From contig CAUZIB010000014.1 in NCBI GenBank assembly GCA_963579735.1, forward strand, positions 1,552-65,551: a stretch of DNA of 64,000 nucleotides, written 5' to 3'. Of this stretch, positions 8,058-17,506 are shown one piece after another. Positions within the stretch are counted from its first letter, which is position 1. The number at the start of each line of letters is the position of its first letter. Below the pieces are notes generated by a model. That model saw only the letters and a program-made list of their open reading frames with translations, was not told where the DNA came from and searched no databases. Made by a program: the position numbers and the translations under genes. This stretch comes from Vicinamibacteria bacterium. Its GTDB lineage: Bacteria > Acidobacteriota > Vicinamibacteria > Vicinamibacterales > UBA8438.

Positions 8058-10745
8058 ATGCCCTCTCCGTCCGGCACGCAGACGGCGAGTCGCGCGACCG
8101 CCACGCCCGCGATGCGCCAGTATCTTGATGCGAAACGCCAGCATCAGGACGCCATCGTGTTTTTTCGGATGGGTGACTTCTATGAGATGTTCTATGAGGA
8201 TGCCGTCACGGCGGCGAGGGTTCTCGATCTAGCCCTGACCTCGCGTTCAAAAGACTCCGGTGGAAGCCCGATCCCGATGTGTGGGCTACCGTATCACGCG
8301 GTCGACGGCTATCTTACGCGTCTGGTCGCCCAAGGCTATCGGGTAGCATTCTGCGAGCAAATCGAGGCCGGCCGGCCCGCGGCGGTAGGGAAAGGCGGTG
8401 GCGGGCAGAAGAAGCTCCTCCGACGCGAAGTCGTCCGAGTCGTTTCGCCCGGCACCTTGACGGATGCCGCGTATCTGGATGCAAAAACGCCTGCGCTCCT
8501 GATGGCAACGACCACCGAGGGCGCGACCCATGGCGTCGGACTTATCGACCTCTCGACCGGCGAGTTCACCGCGGCGGAATTTGTCGGCAACGACGGCAAG
8601 GATGCGCTGGTTGAAGATGTGACCGTCCTCGAGCCACGCGAGATCATCGTGCCGGCGGCGGGCACCCCCTGCCCGCTTCCCGAACCCGCCCCGCGAGACC
8701 TGCTGGTGACCACCGTCGACGCAAATACCTTTCGCCTCGACCGGGCCACTCGCACCTTGTGTGACCAACTGCGTGTGGCATCACTGGACGGCTTCGGGCT
8801 CACCGACCACCCCGTGGCCATTCAAGCCGCGGGCGCGCTTATTCAGTATTTGCACGACACGCAAAAAGTTGAGCTAGAGCACGTACGATCAATTCGATAT
8901 CGCTCCCAGGCCGACCACGTATTTCTGGATCCCTCGACATTCACACATCTCGAGGTACTCGAGGGTGCCGAAGGAGGCCGGGCAGGGTCGGTGCTCGCTG
9001 AGATTGATCGTACGGTGACCGCCATGGGCGGGCGGCTACTTCGGGAATGGCTGCAACGGCCCTCCAATGCGCTCGCCCGAATCCAGGAACGACTGGATGC
9101 CGTCGAGGAGTTGGCGTTTCGCACCTCTGACCGCGCGAAAGTACAGGACGTCTTGGGAGGTGTTCACGACCTCGAACGTCTCATCGCACGTGTCGCGCTC
9201 GGACGCGCAGGGCCGCGAGACCTGGTCGGGCTCCAGCTCTCGCTCTCGGTCGTTCCTCGCCTCCTGGCTGTGGCCAACGACCTGACCGCGCCGCTGTTAC
9301 GAAGTGTTCTGGCGTCATTGGATGACCTGGCGGATGTCCGCGCGTGTATCGAAACAACCCTGGTTAGCGAGCCAGCGGCGTTGGTGCGTGAGGGCGGGTA
9401 TGTGCGAGACGGATGTGACGCCGAGATCGACGAACTGCGGTCCATCAGTCGGAATGCCAAGCAACATATCGCCGAGATGGAGTCGCACGAACGCACCCGG
9501 ACAGGCATTTCGTCGCTCAAGATTCGATACAACCGGGTCTTCGGGTACTACATCGAAATATCGAAGCCAAACCTTGCTGCCGTGCCCGACGACTACCATC
9601 GCAAACAAACAGTAGCAACCGGTGAGCGCTTCATCACGCCTGCCCTCAAAGACTACGAACAGAAGGCCCGTGGCGCAGACGATCGCATTCTCGAACGAGA
9701 GCAGATGCTCTTCGAGGAGCTTCGTCGGCAGGTCGCGGCGGAGGCGCCACGGGTGCAAGACACGGCCCGTGCACTGGCGGCCCTGGATGTGCTGGTCGGG
9801 CTCGCCGAAACGGCGACGGTGGCGGACTACACCAAGCCGCAGATCCACGATGGACACGAGCTCCATATCGAGGATGGGCGTCATCCGGTGGTCGAGCGTC
9901 ATTGCCCAGACCAGTTCGTCCCCAACGACACTATCCTCAACGCCGCGACGGATCAGGTCGTCATCCTGACCGGGCCAAATATGGGCGGGAAGTCGACGTT
10001 TTTACGACAGGTGGCCGTCATCACGCTGCTCGCCCATATCGGGTCGTTTGTACCGGCGCGCCGGGCCAAGGTCCCGATCGTCGATCGCGTCTTCGCCCGA
10101 GTGGGCGCCTCCGACAACATCGCCCGCGGACAATCGACGTTTATGGTGGAGATGCAGGAGACCGCTCGCATTCTTCACACCGCGACTTCAGAGAGTCTCG
10201 TGATTCTGGACGAAATCGGTCGTGGGACCGCAACCTATGACGGTCTGGCCATCGCGTGGGCGGTGGCGGAACGTCTGGCAACCGGGCCGCGCCGGCCAAA
10301 GACGTTGTTCGCGACCCACTATCACGAGCTGACCGACCTCGCCGACGCGGTCCCCGGTGTCGTCAATGCCCACGTGATGGCTCGCGAGTGGCAGGACGAT
10401 ATCGTGTTTCTGCGCAAGGTTGAACCGGGTCGGTCCGACCGAAGCTATGGTATCCACGTGGCGCGCTTGGCGGGGTTACCCACCGAGACGGTCCAGCGCG
10501 CCAAACACATCCTCTCGGGATTGGAGCGAGACGAACTGTCACGGGGCGGCCGTCCCTCGTTCAGCGGCATGCCGGATACGGCGGCCGCCGACCACACCGA
10601 GCAGCTCGGTCTTTTTCGTGCACCACCGCCCGGCTATGCCCATCTCGCTGAACGGGTGCACGCCGTCGACCCCGACCAGCTCACTCCGCTGGAGGCGTTG
10701 ACGCTTCTGGCAGAGCTCAAGCACGAACTCGAGACCGAACACTAG
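8058..10745 (+). CDS. mutS: DNA mismatch repair protein MutS
   Basis: TPAMRQYLDAKRQHQDAIVFFRMGDFYEMF. Walker A GPNMGGKST. DEIGRGTATYDG. 895 aa. Confidence 0.95.
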   Translation: MPSPSGTQTASRATATPAMRQYLDAKRQHQDAIVFFRMGDFYEMFYEDAVTAARVLDLALTSRSKDSGGSPIPMCGLPYHAVDGYLTRLVAQGYRVAFCEQIEAGRPAAVGKGGGGQKKLLRREVVRVVSPGTLTDAAYLDAKTPALLMATTTEGATHGVGLIDLSTGEFTAAEFVGNDGKDALVEDVTVLEPREIIVPAAGTPCPLPEPAPRDLLVTTVDANTFRLDRATRTLCDQLRVASLDGFGLTDHPVAIQAAGALIQYLHDTQKVELEHVRSIRYRSQADHVFLDPSTFTHLEVLEGAEGGRAGSVLAEIDRTVTAMGGRLLREWLQRPSNALARIQERLDAVEELAFRTSDRAKVQDVLGGVHDLERLIARVALGRAGPRDLVGLQLSLSVVPRLLAVANDLTAPLLRSVLASLDDLADVRACIETTLVSEPAALVREGGYVRDGCDAEIDELRSISRNAKQHIAEMESHERTRTGISSLKIRYNRVFGYYIEISKPNLAAVPDDYHRKQTVATGERFITPALKDYEQKARGADDRILEREQMLFEELRRQVAAEAPRVQDTARALAALDVLVGLAETATVADYTKPQIHDGHELHIEDGRHPVVERHCPDQFVPNDTILNAATDQVVILTGPNMGGKSTFLRQVAVITLLAHIGSFVPARRAKVPIVDRVFARVGASDNIARGQSTFMVEMQETARILHTATSESLVILDEIGRGTATYDGLAIAWAVAERLATGPRRPKTLFATHYHELTDLADAVPGVVNAHVMAREWQDDIVFLRKVEPGRSDRSYGIHVARLAGLPTETVQRAKHILSGLERDELSRGGRPSFSGMPDTAAADHTEQLGLFRAPPPGYAHLAERVHAVDPDQLTPLEALTLLAELKHELETEH

Positions 10746-11061
10746 GACCGAACACGAGCCCAGCGTTTCTGAAGTTCGAGTCGCGGGAATCGGCTCCTCG
10801 CGCCCGATGTCATCGTTGCGCCTTCGTTGATACATGACCGCTATGCCTGCTTCCGCGAGCCTCGATCGTAAACACGATAGCCTCGAGCCATGCGATTCGG
10901 ACCGAGGAAACGCATACGTCCCCTGGCGAGCCTTCCGCTGGGCATCATCAGTCTCATCCTCCCCCACTTCGCAGATGCAACATCCCCTTGCGCGTGCTTT
11001 GCCAGACGTGCGCCCCCTCGCGACGTATCACAGGAACTGCTGAGACAGAGGACGGGAATTC

Positions 11062-12135
11062 GTGGCGAAGAAATCTGATCTGCTCAAGACACCGGTCGAG
11101 CCATTCGTCGTGGAGCCGGACCTGTCGGCCGACGAACTGCTGCGTCGGATGGAGCGCATCTCGTTCCAAGGACGAAATCTGGCGTCCGCTCGGCGCGTGT
11201 GGCAGCGGATGCTCGAGGACGATGTCTTGATTTTTCTTGGCGTGGCCGGCGCGCTTAGCGCGGGAGGGCTGCGGCTCGTTATTGCCCACCTCATTGCGAA
11301 CAGGTATGTCGACTGCGTTGTGTCGACCGGCGCCAACCTGTATCACGACCTTCACGAGACCAGGGGGCGACGCCATTTCCTTGGTTCGCACCGCGCCGAC
11401 GATGCCGAGCTTCAAGGGCATCACATCGACCGTGTCTACGACACGTTTGTCGATGAGGACGAATTTATCGAGAACGATGAGTGGATCGCCGCGTTTGCGC
11501 GGACGCTGGCCGGTAGACGCTATTCCAGCCGAGAGTTTCTCCACCAGTTGGGCGGTCATCTGTGGCGTGAAACACGGGCGGACGGCATCTTAACCGCGGC
11601 GTATCGCGCCAACGTTCCAATCTTTTGTCCCGCGATTGCCGATTCGTCAATCGGGATGGGGCTGTCGCAAGCGCGAATGCTCACTGCGGATGCCGGTCAG
11701 GTCGACGTGATTGCGGATATCGTCGAATCCGCGAACATCGTGATCCGGCGCCGCCACACCGCGTCCGTCGTGCTCGGCGGCGGCACCCCAAAGAACTTTA
11801 TCAACCAAGCGAGTGTGCAAGCCGATTATTACAGCCCGGGTATCGCCGGCCACCGGTACGCGTTGCAGATTGTTGCCGATGTTCCGCATTTTGGAGGGGC
11901 TTCAGGCTCGACGCTCGATGAGGCGCAGAGCTGGGGGAAGGTCGCCGCTGGTGCGGACCACGTCACCGTTCAGGCAGATGTCACGCTGGCCCTCCCACTC
12001 CTGGTGACCGGTCTTGCCACGAGCGCACGTAGCGCCCGGGAGCACCGCCAGCCGCCTCAGTTTGAGCTGAATCGCCCGGCGCTCGTCGTTGACGGCGTCG
12101 CGCTCCCGGCAACGGGCTACGACACTCGATCCTAG
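11062..12135 (+). CDS. Deoxyhypusine synthase family protein (DHS-like)
   Basis: 357 aa. LLKTPVEPF...FQGRNLASARRVWQRML...IFLGVAGALSAGGLR...VDCVVSTGANLYHDLHE is typical of bacterial DHS-like proteins. GTG start with GAGGA upstream. Confidence 0.85.
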   Translation: MAKKSDLLKTPVEPFVVEPDLSADELLRRMERISFQGRNLASARRVWQRMLEDDVLIFLGVAGALSAGGLRLVIAHLIANRYVDCVVSTGANLYHDLHETRGRRHFLGSHRADDAELQGHHIDRVYDTFVDEDEFIENDEWIAAFARTLAGRRYSSREFLHQLGGHLWRETRADGILTAAYRANVPIFCPAIADSSIGMGLSQARMLTADAGQVDVIADIVESANIVIRRRHTASVVLGGGTPKNFINQASVQADYYSPGIAGHRYALQIVADVPHFGGASGSTLDEAQSWGKVAAGADHVTVQADVTLALPLLVTGLATSARSAREHRQPPQFELNRPALVVDGVALPATGYDTRS

Positions 12136-12345
12136 TGTCCCGGGTCAGTGATTCGTTACATAAGTCGCTGGCGGGGCATCCCGTCTGCCAGAGTTGTTCG
12201 TCGCTTAGAGACCGCTTTGTATGCGCACGTGGAGGCCTGGCCAGCCGGGCCTGCGCTCGGACCATGCATCCCATTCAGCTGTTACAGGCCACTTGTGGGC
12301 TGGCGGACAGACGTCCTGCCGATTGGTCACAGACGTGACAGCTAG
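12132..12345. repeat. Imperfect inverted-repeat intergenic element, copy B
   Basis: Fills the whole gap between the TAG stops of the DHS-like gene and aguA. Positions 12137-12186 match 24190-24239 at 39/50 ungapped positions (hand count). Contains the hairpin CTGGC-N14-GCCAG. Confidence 0.45.
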
Positions 12346-13412
12346 GCATCGGGTTCCTGCTGCGTCAAGCAGTGGATCGTCCCCAGCCCCAGCACAAGAT
12401 CGACGGCGTGGATACCGATGACCTCGCGAGTCGTGAAGACCCTGGCCAATCGGGCGAGGGCGATTCGATCAGCGGGATCGTTGAAGGTTGGCACGAGCAC
12501 GACCCGGTTCGCGATGTAAAAGTTTGTGTAACTGGCCGGGAGTCGCTGCTGCTCGAAGTAGATCGGTCGCGGCATTGGCAGCGGGACGATCGTGAGCTTC
12601 GTACCATCCATTGCCGACATCTTCGCGAGCTTGTTCCGATTGTCTCGCAACGCGGTGTAGTTTTCGTCGGTGGGATCGGTTTCGACCGCCGCGACGACGG
12701 TCGAGGGGGCCACAAACCGCGCGATGTCGTCGACGTGTCCATGCGTATCGTCACCGATAATGCCTCGACCTAGCCACAGCACACGTTTCACACCGAGTGC
12801 CCCCGAGATTACGGTCTCGATGTCGGCCCGCGACACGCCAGGATTGCGCGCCTGGACGCTGCTGAGGAGACACTCTTCCGTGGTGAGGAGGAGCCCGTCA
12901 CCATTAACATCAATGCTGCCTCCCTCGAGCACGAACTGCCCGTGGGGACCGCTGATTTCAAAACGCGGCACATCAAGGCGTTCGGATATGTGTCGAGGGA
13001 GAGCGTTGTCGCGGCGCCAGGCGCGGTATCGCGCCCACCCGTTGAAACGCCAGTCAGTCGCTGCGACACGGTCGCGACGACCCGTCGCCCGGGTGACAAA
13101 AATCGGTCCGCTGTCGCGAATCCACGAGCGGTCGGTCGGGATCCGATGCCACTCGATCTGCGAATCATCGACGTCGCTTTGTGTGAGGCGTCGACGAGCC
13201 CGCCGCTCGACCCGGGCGTCGTGAACGATCAATGCGACGCGCTCGCTGGTGATCAAGTGGCGGATGATCTCTGTGTAGCACCACTCGACGGCGGTTGTCT
13301 TGACTTCAAAATCGGCGCGATTATGCGGCCACACCAGCCATGTCGCCCGATGAGGCTCCCACTCGGCGGGCATGCGATACCCACGGGCGACTCGACCATC
13401 AGACCGCGTCAT
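12342..13412 (-). CDS. aguA: Agmatine deiminase
   Basis: YRMPAEWEPHRATWLVWPH plus the C-terminal GTIHCLTQQ motif. Start placed at ATG 13412 to avoid overlap with aguB. Confidence 0.85.
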   Translation of the reverse strand: MTRSDGRVARGYRMPAEWEPHRATWLVWPHNRADFEVKTTAVEWCYTEIIRHLITSERVALIVHDARVERRARRRLTQSDVDDSQIEWHRIPTDRSWIRDSGPIFVTRATGRRDRVAATDWRFNGWARYRAWRRDNALPRHISERLDVPRFEISGPHGQFVLEGGSIDVNGDGLLLTTEECLLSSVQARNPGVSRADIETVISGALGVKRVLWLGRGIIGDDTHGHVDDIARFVAPSTVVAAVETDPTDENYTALRDNRNKLAKMSAMDGTKLTIVPLPMPRPIYFEQQRLPASYTNFYIANRVVLVPTFNDPADRIALARLARVFTTREVIGIHAVDLVLGLGTIHCLTQQEPDA

Positions 13413-13437
13413 CTGGACCTGCCGTGAAGTGTCGTGC

Positions 13438-14361
13438 TCACGGCCAGGGTGTGTCGAGAAACCTCCGATCGATTCCCGCATAGCTATCGATACGGCGGTC
13501 TCGCAGAAATGGCCACCCACGCCGTTGATTCTCCAAGACCGTCCGATCGCACGTTGCAATCAGGACGTCTCCTGCCGCTGCCGAGGCCTCCACCATCACC
13601 CGTCCCAGTGGATCACACACAAATGAGCGACCCCAGAAGTCCACCCCTGCCGCCGCGGGCCCTTCGTGCCCGACGCGATTTGCCGCGGCCACGTAGACCC
13701 CGTTGGCGATGGCGTGGCTGCGCTGAATCGTTTGCCAGGCATCAAGCTGCGCGAGACCCTCGTCGGGGTTGTTCTTGTCGGCGGCCAGCCACCCGATGGC
13801 AGTCGGATAGAAGACCACCTCCGCGCCCCTCAACGCCGTGAGGCGGGCGGCCTCGGGATACCACTGGTCCCAGCAGATCAAGACCCCAATGCGCGCAAAC
13901 CGGGTCTCGAACGCCTGAAATCCGAGGTCGCCGGGTGTGAAATAGAACTTCTCATAGAAATGCGGATCATCGGGAATGTGCATCTTGCGATACATCCCCA
14001 ATCGCTCCCCCGTAGCATCGAACACCACCGCGGAGTTGTGAAAAAGTCCCGGGGCGCGACGCTCAAAAATAGGGACGACGAGCGCGATGCCGAGCTCTTT
14101 CGCCAAGGCAGACGCGGCTGTTGTTGACCTTCCGGGGACTGGCTCGGCGAGATCGAATAGCGCCGAATCTTCACGTTGGCAGAAGTATTCGGATGTGAAT
14201 AGCTCCTGCAGACACACGATCTGGGCCCCCCGTGACGCCGCCTGACGCACGCCGTCAAACGCGGTCGCGAGGTTGTGTTCCCGATCGGCGACACATGCGG
14301 TCTGGACCAGACCGATCGAGAACGTTTCCTTTTTGCCCGAGACCGATGTCTCGGAAGCCAT
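13438..14361 (-). CDS. aguB: N-carbamoylputrescine amidase (CN hydrolase)
   Basis: FSIGLVQTAC...IVCLQELFTSEYFCQ and ICWDQWYPE (catalytic Cys). Its start overlaps the upstream stop (TGATG). Confidence 0.85.
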   Translation of the reverse strand: MASETSVSGKKETFSIGLVQTACVADREHNLATAFDGVRQAASRGAQIVCLQELFTSEYFCQREDSALFDLAEPVPGRSTTAASALAKELGIALVVPIFERRAPGLFHNSAVVFDATGERLGMYRKMHIPDDPHFYEKFYFTPGDLGFQAFETRFARIGVLICWDQWYPEAARLTALRGAEVVFYPTAIGWLAADKNNPDEGLAQLDAWQTIQRSHAIANGVYVAAANRVGHEGPAAAGVDFWGRSFVCDPLGRVMVEASAAAGDVLIATCDRTVLENQRRGWPFLRDRRIDSYAGIDRRFLDTPWP

Positions 14362-15170
14362 CAGTTGCCGGAGGTGGTGGGGTTCTCTGATTGCAGCGTG
14401 TCGACCTGCCGCTGAGCGTCCGAATAATAGACCGATGTGGGGAATTCTTCGACAACGCGAGTAAAGGCCGACAACGCGTTTCCCGGGGCCCCCGACAAGC
14501 GATGCGCGCGGCCGAGCTGCATCAGCACCGCATCGAGCGGGACCACAGTTTCCACGGCCGCTGTTGCGCCTTCCAGCAGCCGGATGGCCTCTTCGTAGTT
14601 CGCGCTCGCCACATAGGCCTCGGCCAAACCCAAGACGGACAAGGCCCCGTACAAGTCGTCGTCATCGACCGTCTCGATGATCTGCTGATACTGGGCGGCG
14701 GCCTCGGCCGACCGGCCCAACCCCACCAAGACCGTCGCCGCGTGATATCGCGCGGTCACGCCGGGCGCCACGGCTGGAAACGCATCGGCCGCGTCGAGAA
14801 GCAAGGGAAGCGCGGCCTCGAACTTTGTGTTGACCGAGGGGTAGGTGCCAGGGGGTTGCTGGAAGGCGCCGACCGGGGCGGCTGGGGCAGCCGCGTCATC
14901 CGGAGCGAGCGCTTCGTCGTCGGTGTCGGGCGAACCCGGCGGCACGACTTGAGCCTCGAGCACCGCCAACGCTTGTCCCAATCGGTCGCCGGCAGCCTCC
15001 AGTTGCCGCCCTTGCCAGCTCAGGTAACCGGTTGTAGCAACCAGTCCGACTCCGAGGATGACGAGACCAGTGGCGACGGCCCCACCTCGGTCAGAGAGAG
15101 AGGCCGAGAACTCCCCGATCCACACGGCGAGCGGGTTTTCTTTGAGGTGATGACGTTCTTTTCGTCGCAT
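14361..15170 (-). CDS. Membrane-anchored TPR-like protein (YfgM-like architecture)
   Basis: N-terminal cytoplasmic segment, one TM (GAVATGLVILGVGLVATTGYL), then TPR-like helices. First gene of the aguB-aguA operon. Confidence 0.55.
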   Translation of the reverse strand: MRRKERHHLKENPLAVWIGEFSASLSDRGGAVATGLVILGVGLVATTGYLSWQGRQLEAAGDRLGQALAVLEAQVVPPGSPDTDDEALAPDDAAAPAAPVGAFQQPPGTYPSVNTKFEAALPLLLDAADAFPAVAPGVTARYHAATVLVGLGRSAEAAAQYQQIIETVDDDDLYGALSVLGLAEAYVASANYEEAIRLLEGATAAVETVVPLDAVLMQLGRAHRLSGAPGNALSAFTRVVEEFPTSVYYSDAQRQVDTLQSENPTTSGN

Positions 15171-15455
15171 GCTTTACACCATCCACGCAGCACAAACTAC
15201 GAACTCTGAGACACAGACCGACCCGCAATCGACGGAGGCAGCCAAGCCCAAGAGTTTAGCAGAGCTATGCTACGCTAGGGTATCGGCAATCACGTCGCGC
15301 GCAGCATTCTTCGCCCATCACGCCAGCTCGGCCCGTCCCCGCTCAACCGCGCGACACGGTGCGCCGCGCCGGAACCCAGCTCTCGGCGGCGTTTCCTTCA
15401 TCGGGGAAGCGTTGCGGCCGGTGCGCTTGCGACGAGCCTGTCAGGGCTGAGCGGC

Positions 15456-16853
15456 TTGTTTGCGCAAACCTCAGATGAAGAGCTTGCCCTTCATCTTGCC
15501 AACGTTAACGGCGACGGGCATCTCGGCGCGGCCGACGAGCAGCTTGTTCGAAACGCGTTTCTTCGCCGCCGCGGCACCGGACTCAGGCCGGCGCCGGAGT
15601 TCGACCAGCGAGCCGATGTCCTCGGCCGCGGAGTGATCGACGAAGAGACGTTGGCGGCCGTCCGGCAGACGGTACGGTCCCAAAACGGCTCCGTCGCAAT
15701 CCCGCGTCGACCGATCACGGTGGCCTGGCACTACGGATGGTATAACCAGATTGCCAGATCGCCGGGTCTCCAGACAGTGGGTTTCAAGGGCGGGGACTAT
15801 GCGTCATCGGACCCAGAGGTAGAGTCGCTTTTTAACGATCAAAAGAACGAGTTCGGTATCACGGTCGACGCCGTGAGTTGGATTCCACCAGAGTTCAACT
15901 CGAGGATGTTGGACAACTACCGGCGTGGCCTGTTCCGCACCCCCAATCTGGCGACACGGCATTTCGCCTTGCTCTACGAGAGCACGATTTCGCTGCCGCT
16001 TGGGGCTGACAAGCGCACCGACTTTCTCGAGCCGACCGTCGTCAACCGCTTGATCGATCACTTCGGACGGATGGCGCGGTTTCTGCTCGAACTGAGGGAC
16101 CAAGCGGGAGGCCGAATTTTTCGCCTCGATGGCCGACCTGTCATGTTCATCTTTGGCTCTCACACGTGGGGACGGGTGGCTGATCGAGACGTTCAGCTGG
16201 ATGCGGTGGACCGCACGTTCGATCTCGCCCGCAACGCCTTCGAGCGCGAATTTGGTGTCCCCCCGTTTGTGATCGGAGAAGAGATGGCGCTCTCCGCCAC
16301 CGCGGAAGTGTCGATGGACCGCCTACGCCGCAGCGCCGGTTTTGACGGCACGCACGTGTATCACCATGCATCGAGTCTCAAACTGAGCGAGGTGTCTGGA
16401 CTGGGGCACGTCGTATTCCCGTTGACGGAACGCTATACACAGAATCAACTCGGCATCCTCGAGCACACTTACAACGCATTGCGCGACGTCAGGAACAGAC
16501 ACACTGGTCGACCGGTGCTCGTCATTCCGAACCTTGCGCCAGGTTTTGCAAAGCCGGGTCTGCCGACTTTGCTGATGAAGCGCGGGCCGTACGCAGATTT
16601 CATGCGGCAGCTCGAGCGTCTGCACCTCGACCGCTATATCAACGAGATCTGGGCGAATGAGCTCGGGGGGCCGGTGTTGCCAGCGCCCGTGTATATAGTG
16701 GGCTCCTGGAACGAAGAGTTCGAGGGCCACTCCATCTTCCCGGCCGCCTTTAACGAATCCGTCGGCCAATTTCAACAGGGCGGATTCGACCTCGCCATGG
16801 CCATCAAACAGGTCTTCGGGTGGAACCACTACTCGGAGCGGCCCATCCTCTAG
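15456..16853 (+). CDS. Hypothetical exported protein, possibly GH99-like glycoside-hydrolase fold
   Basis: 465 aa from the first canonical start (TTG). Dockerin/EF-hand-like NVNGDGHLGAAD. WHYGWYN...GDYASSDPEV...FGITVDAVSWIP weakly recalls GH99-like families. The frame stays open upstream and encodes a Tat-like signal (see findings). Confidence 0.5.
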   Translation: MFAQTSDEELALHLANVNGDGHLGAADEQLVRNAFLRRRGTGLRPAPEFDQRADVLGRGVIDEETLAAVRQTVRSQNGSVAIPRRPITVAWHYGWYNQIARSPGLQTVGFKGGDYASSDPEVESLFNDQKNEFGITVDAVSWIPPEFNSRMLDNYRRGLFRTPNLATRHFALLYESTISLPLGADKRTDFLEPTVVNRLIDHFGRMARFLLELRDQAGGRIFRLDGRPVMFIFGSHTWGRVADRDVQLDAVDRTFDLARNAFEREFGVPPFVIGEEMALSATAEVSMDRLRRSAGFDGTHVYHHASSLKLSEVSGLGHVVFPLTERYTQNQLGILEHTYNALRDVRNRHTGRPVLVIPNLAPGFAKPGLPTLLMKRGPYADFMRQLERLHLDRYINEIWANELGGPVLPAPVYIVGSWNEEFEGHSIFPAAFNESVGQFQQGGFDLAMAIKQVFGWNHYSERPIL

Positions 16854-17034
16854 CGTAGCCCCCACCGGTCGTCCCCCCGCCCGAACCGCTGCCATCGACA
16901 CCGTTGGGAGTCGCGTCCGCGGACCTGCCGAGGCATCGCGTGCTCCCATGAGAGCCGTCGAGTCCCAAAACTCGCGTCGCACTCAGGAGCCCGGTCAGAT
17001 CCGCGCCACGGAGCGGGGCCGCGAACGGCACACG

Positions 17035-17204
17035 CCTATTGTCGGGCTCAGCGCCCACGCCCTCGTGGGAGATCGCGAGAGCGTGCACTTGACTGTGGAA
17101 TGGATGACTACCTGGCGAAGCCGGTCCGGATCGACGCCCTTCGGACAGCACTCAGTCGGTGGGTCGCTGAGTCGCCCGCGGGGGAATCAGCGGATGGACC
17201 CTAG
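17035..17204 (+). pseudogene. Remnant of a response-regulator receiver domain (C-terminal half, frameshifted)
   Basis: Frame 1 reads TPIVGLSAHALVGDRE. After a shift near 17075-17085, a second frame reads ERALDCGMDDYLAKPVRIDALRTALSRWV and stops at 17202-17204. No start codon and no phospho-acceptor Asp region upstream. Confidence 0.5.
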
Positions 17205-17210
17205 TGGATA

Positions 17211-17287
17211 TGGCGCGCGTGGCAGGATTCGAACCTGCGGCCTACGGCTTAGGAGGCCGTCGCTCTATCCAGCTGAGCTACACGCGC
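17211..17287 (-). tRNA. tRNA-Arg (anticodon CCT)
   Basis: Cloverleaf read by hand: acceptor GCGCGTG/CACGCGC, D arm GCTC/GAGC, anticodon arm ACGGC-CTCCTAA-GCCGT, T arm GCAGG-TTCGAAT-CCTGC, encoded CCA. Confidence 0.95.
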
Positions 17288-17506
17288 TCGGCGAGGTACG
17301 CAGATCCAGTGTATCAGTGACGTCGCGTCCTGGCTCGCGGCGCGATCTGCGCAACGCTGCCCCCTAAGCCTCTCCGCGTCCCCTACGCTTCTTCACACGG
17401 GGGCTGACCCAGCCGAACCTGGCGCGAGGACGCCGGAGACGTGCAACGACGTTCAGGTCGGAGAGAGGGACGGTCGGAAGAGAGCCACCACGTGCGGGGG
17501 CCGTGC

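Noticed and set aside
16948-17367. 139-aa plus-strand ORF read as an intact gene
   Set aside because: It runs straight through the tRNA-Arg gene on the opposite strand. Only its first ~45 codons resemble anything (a receiver domain), and the homologous sequence continues in a different frame. It is treated as a pseudogene fragment instead.
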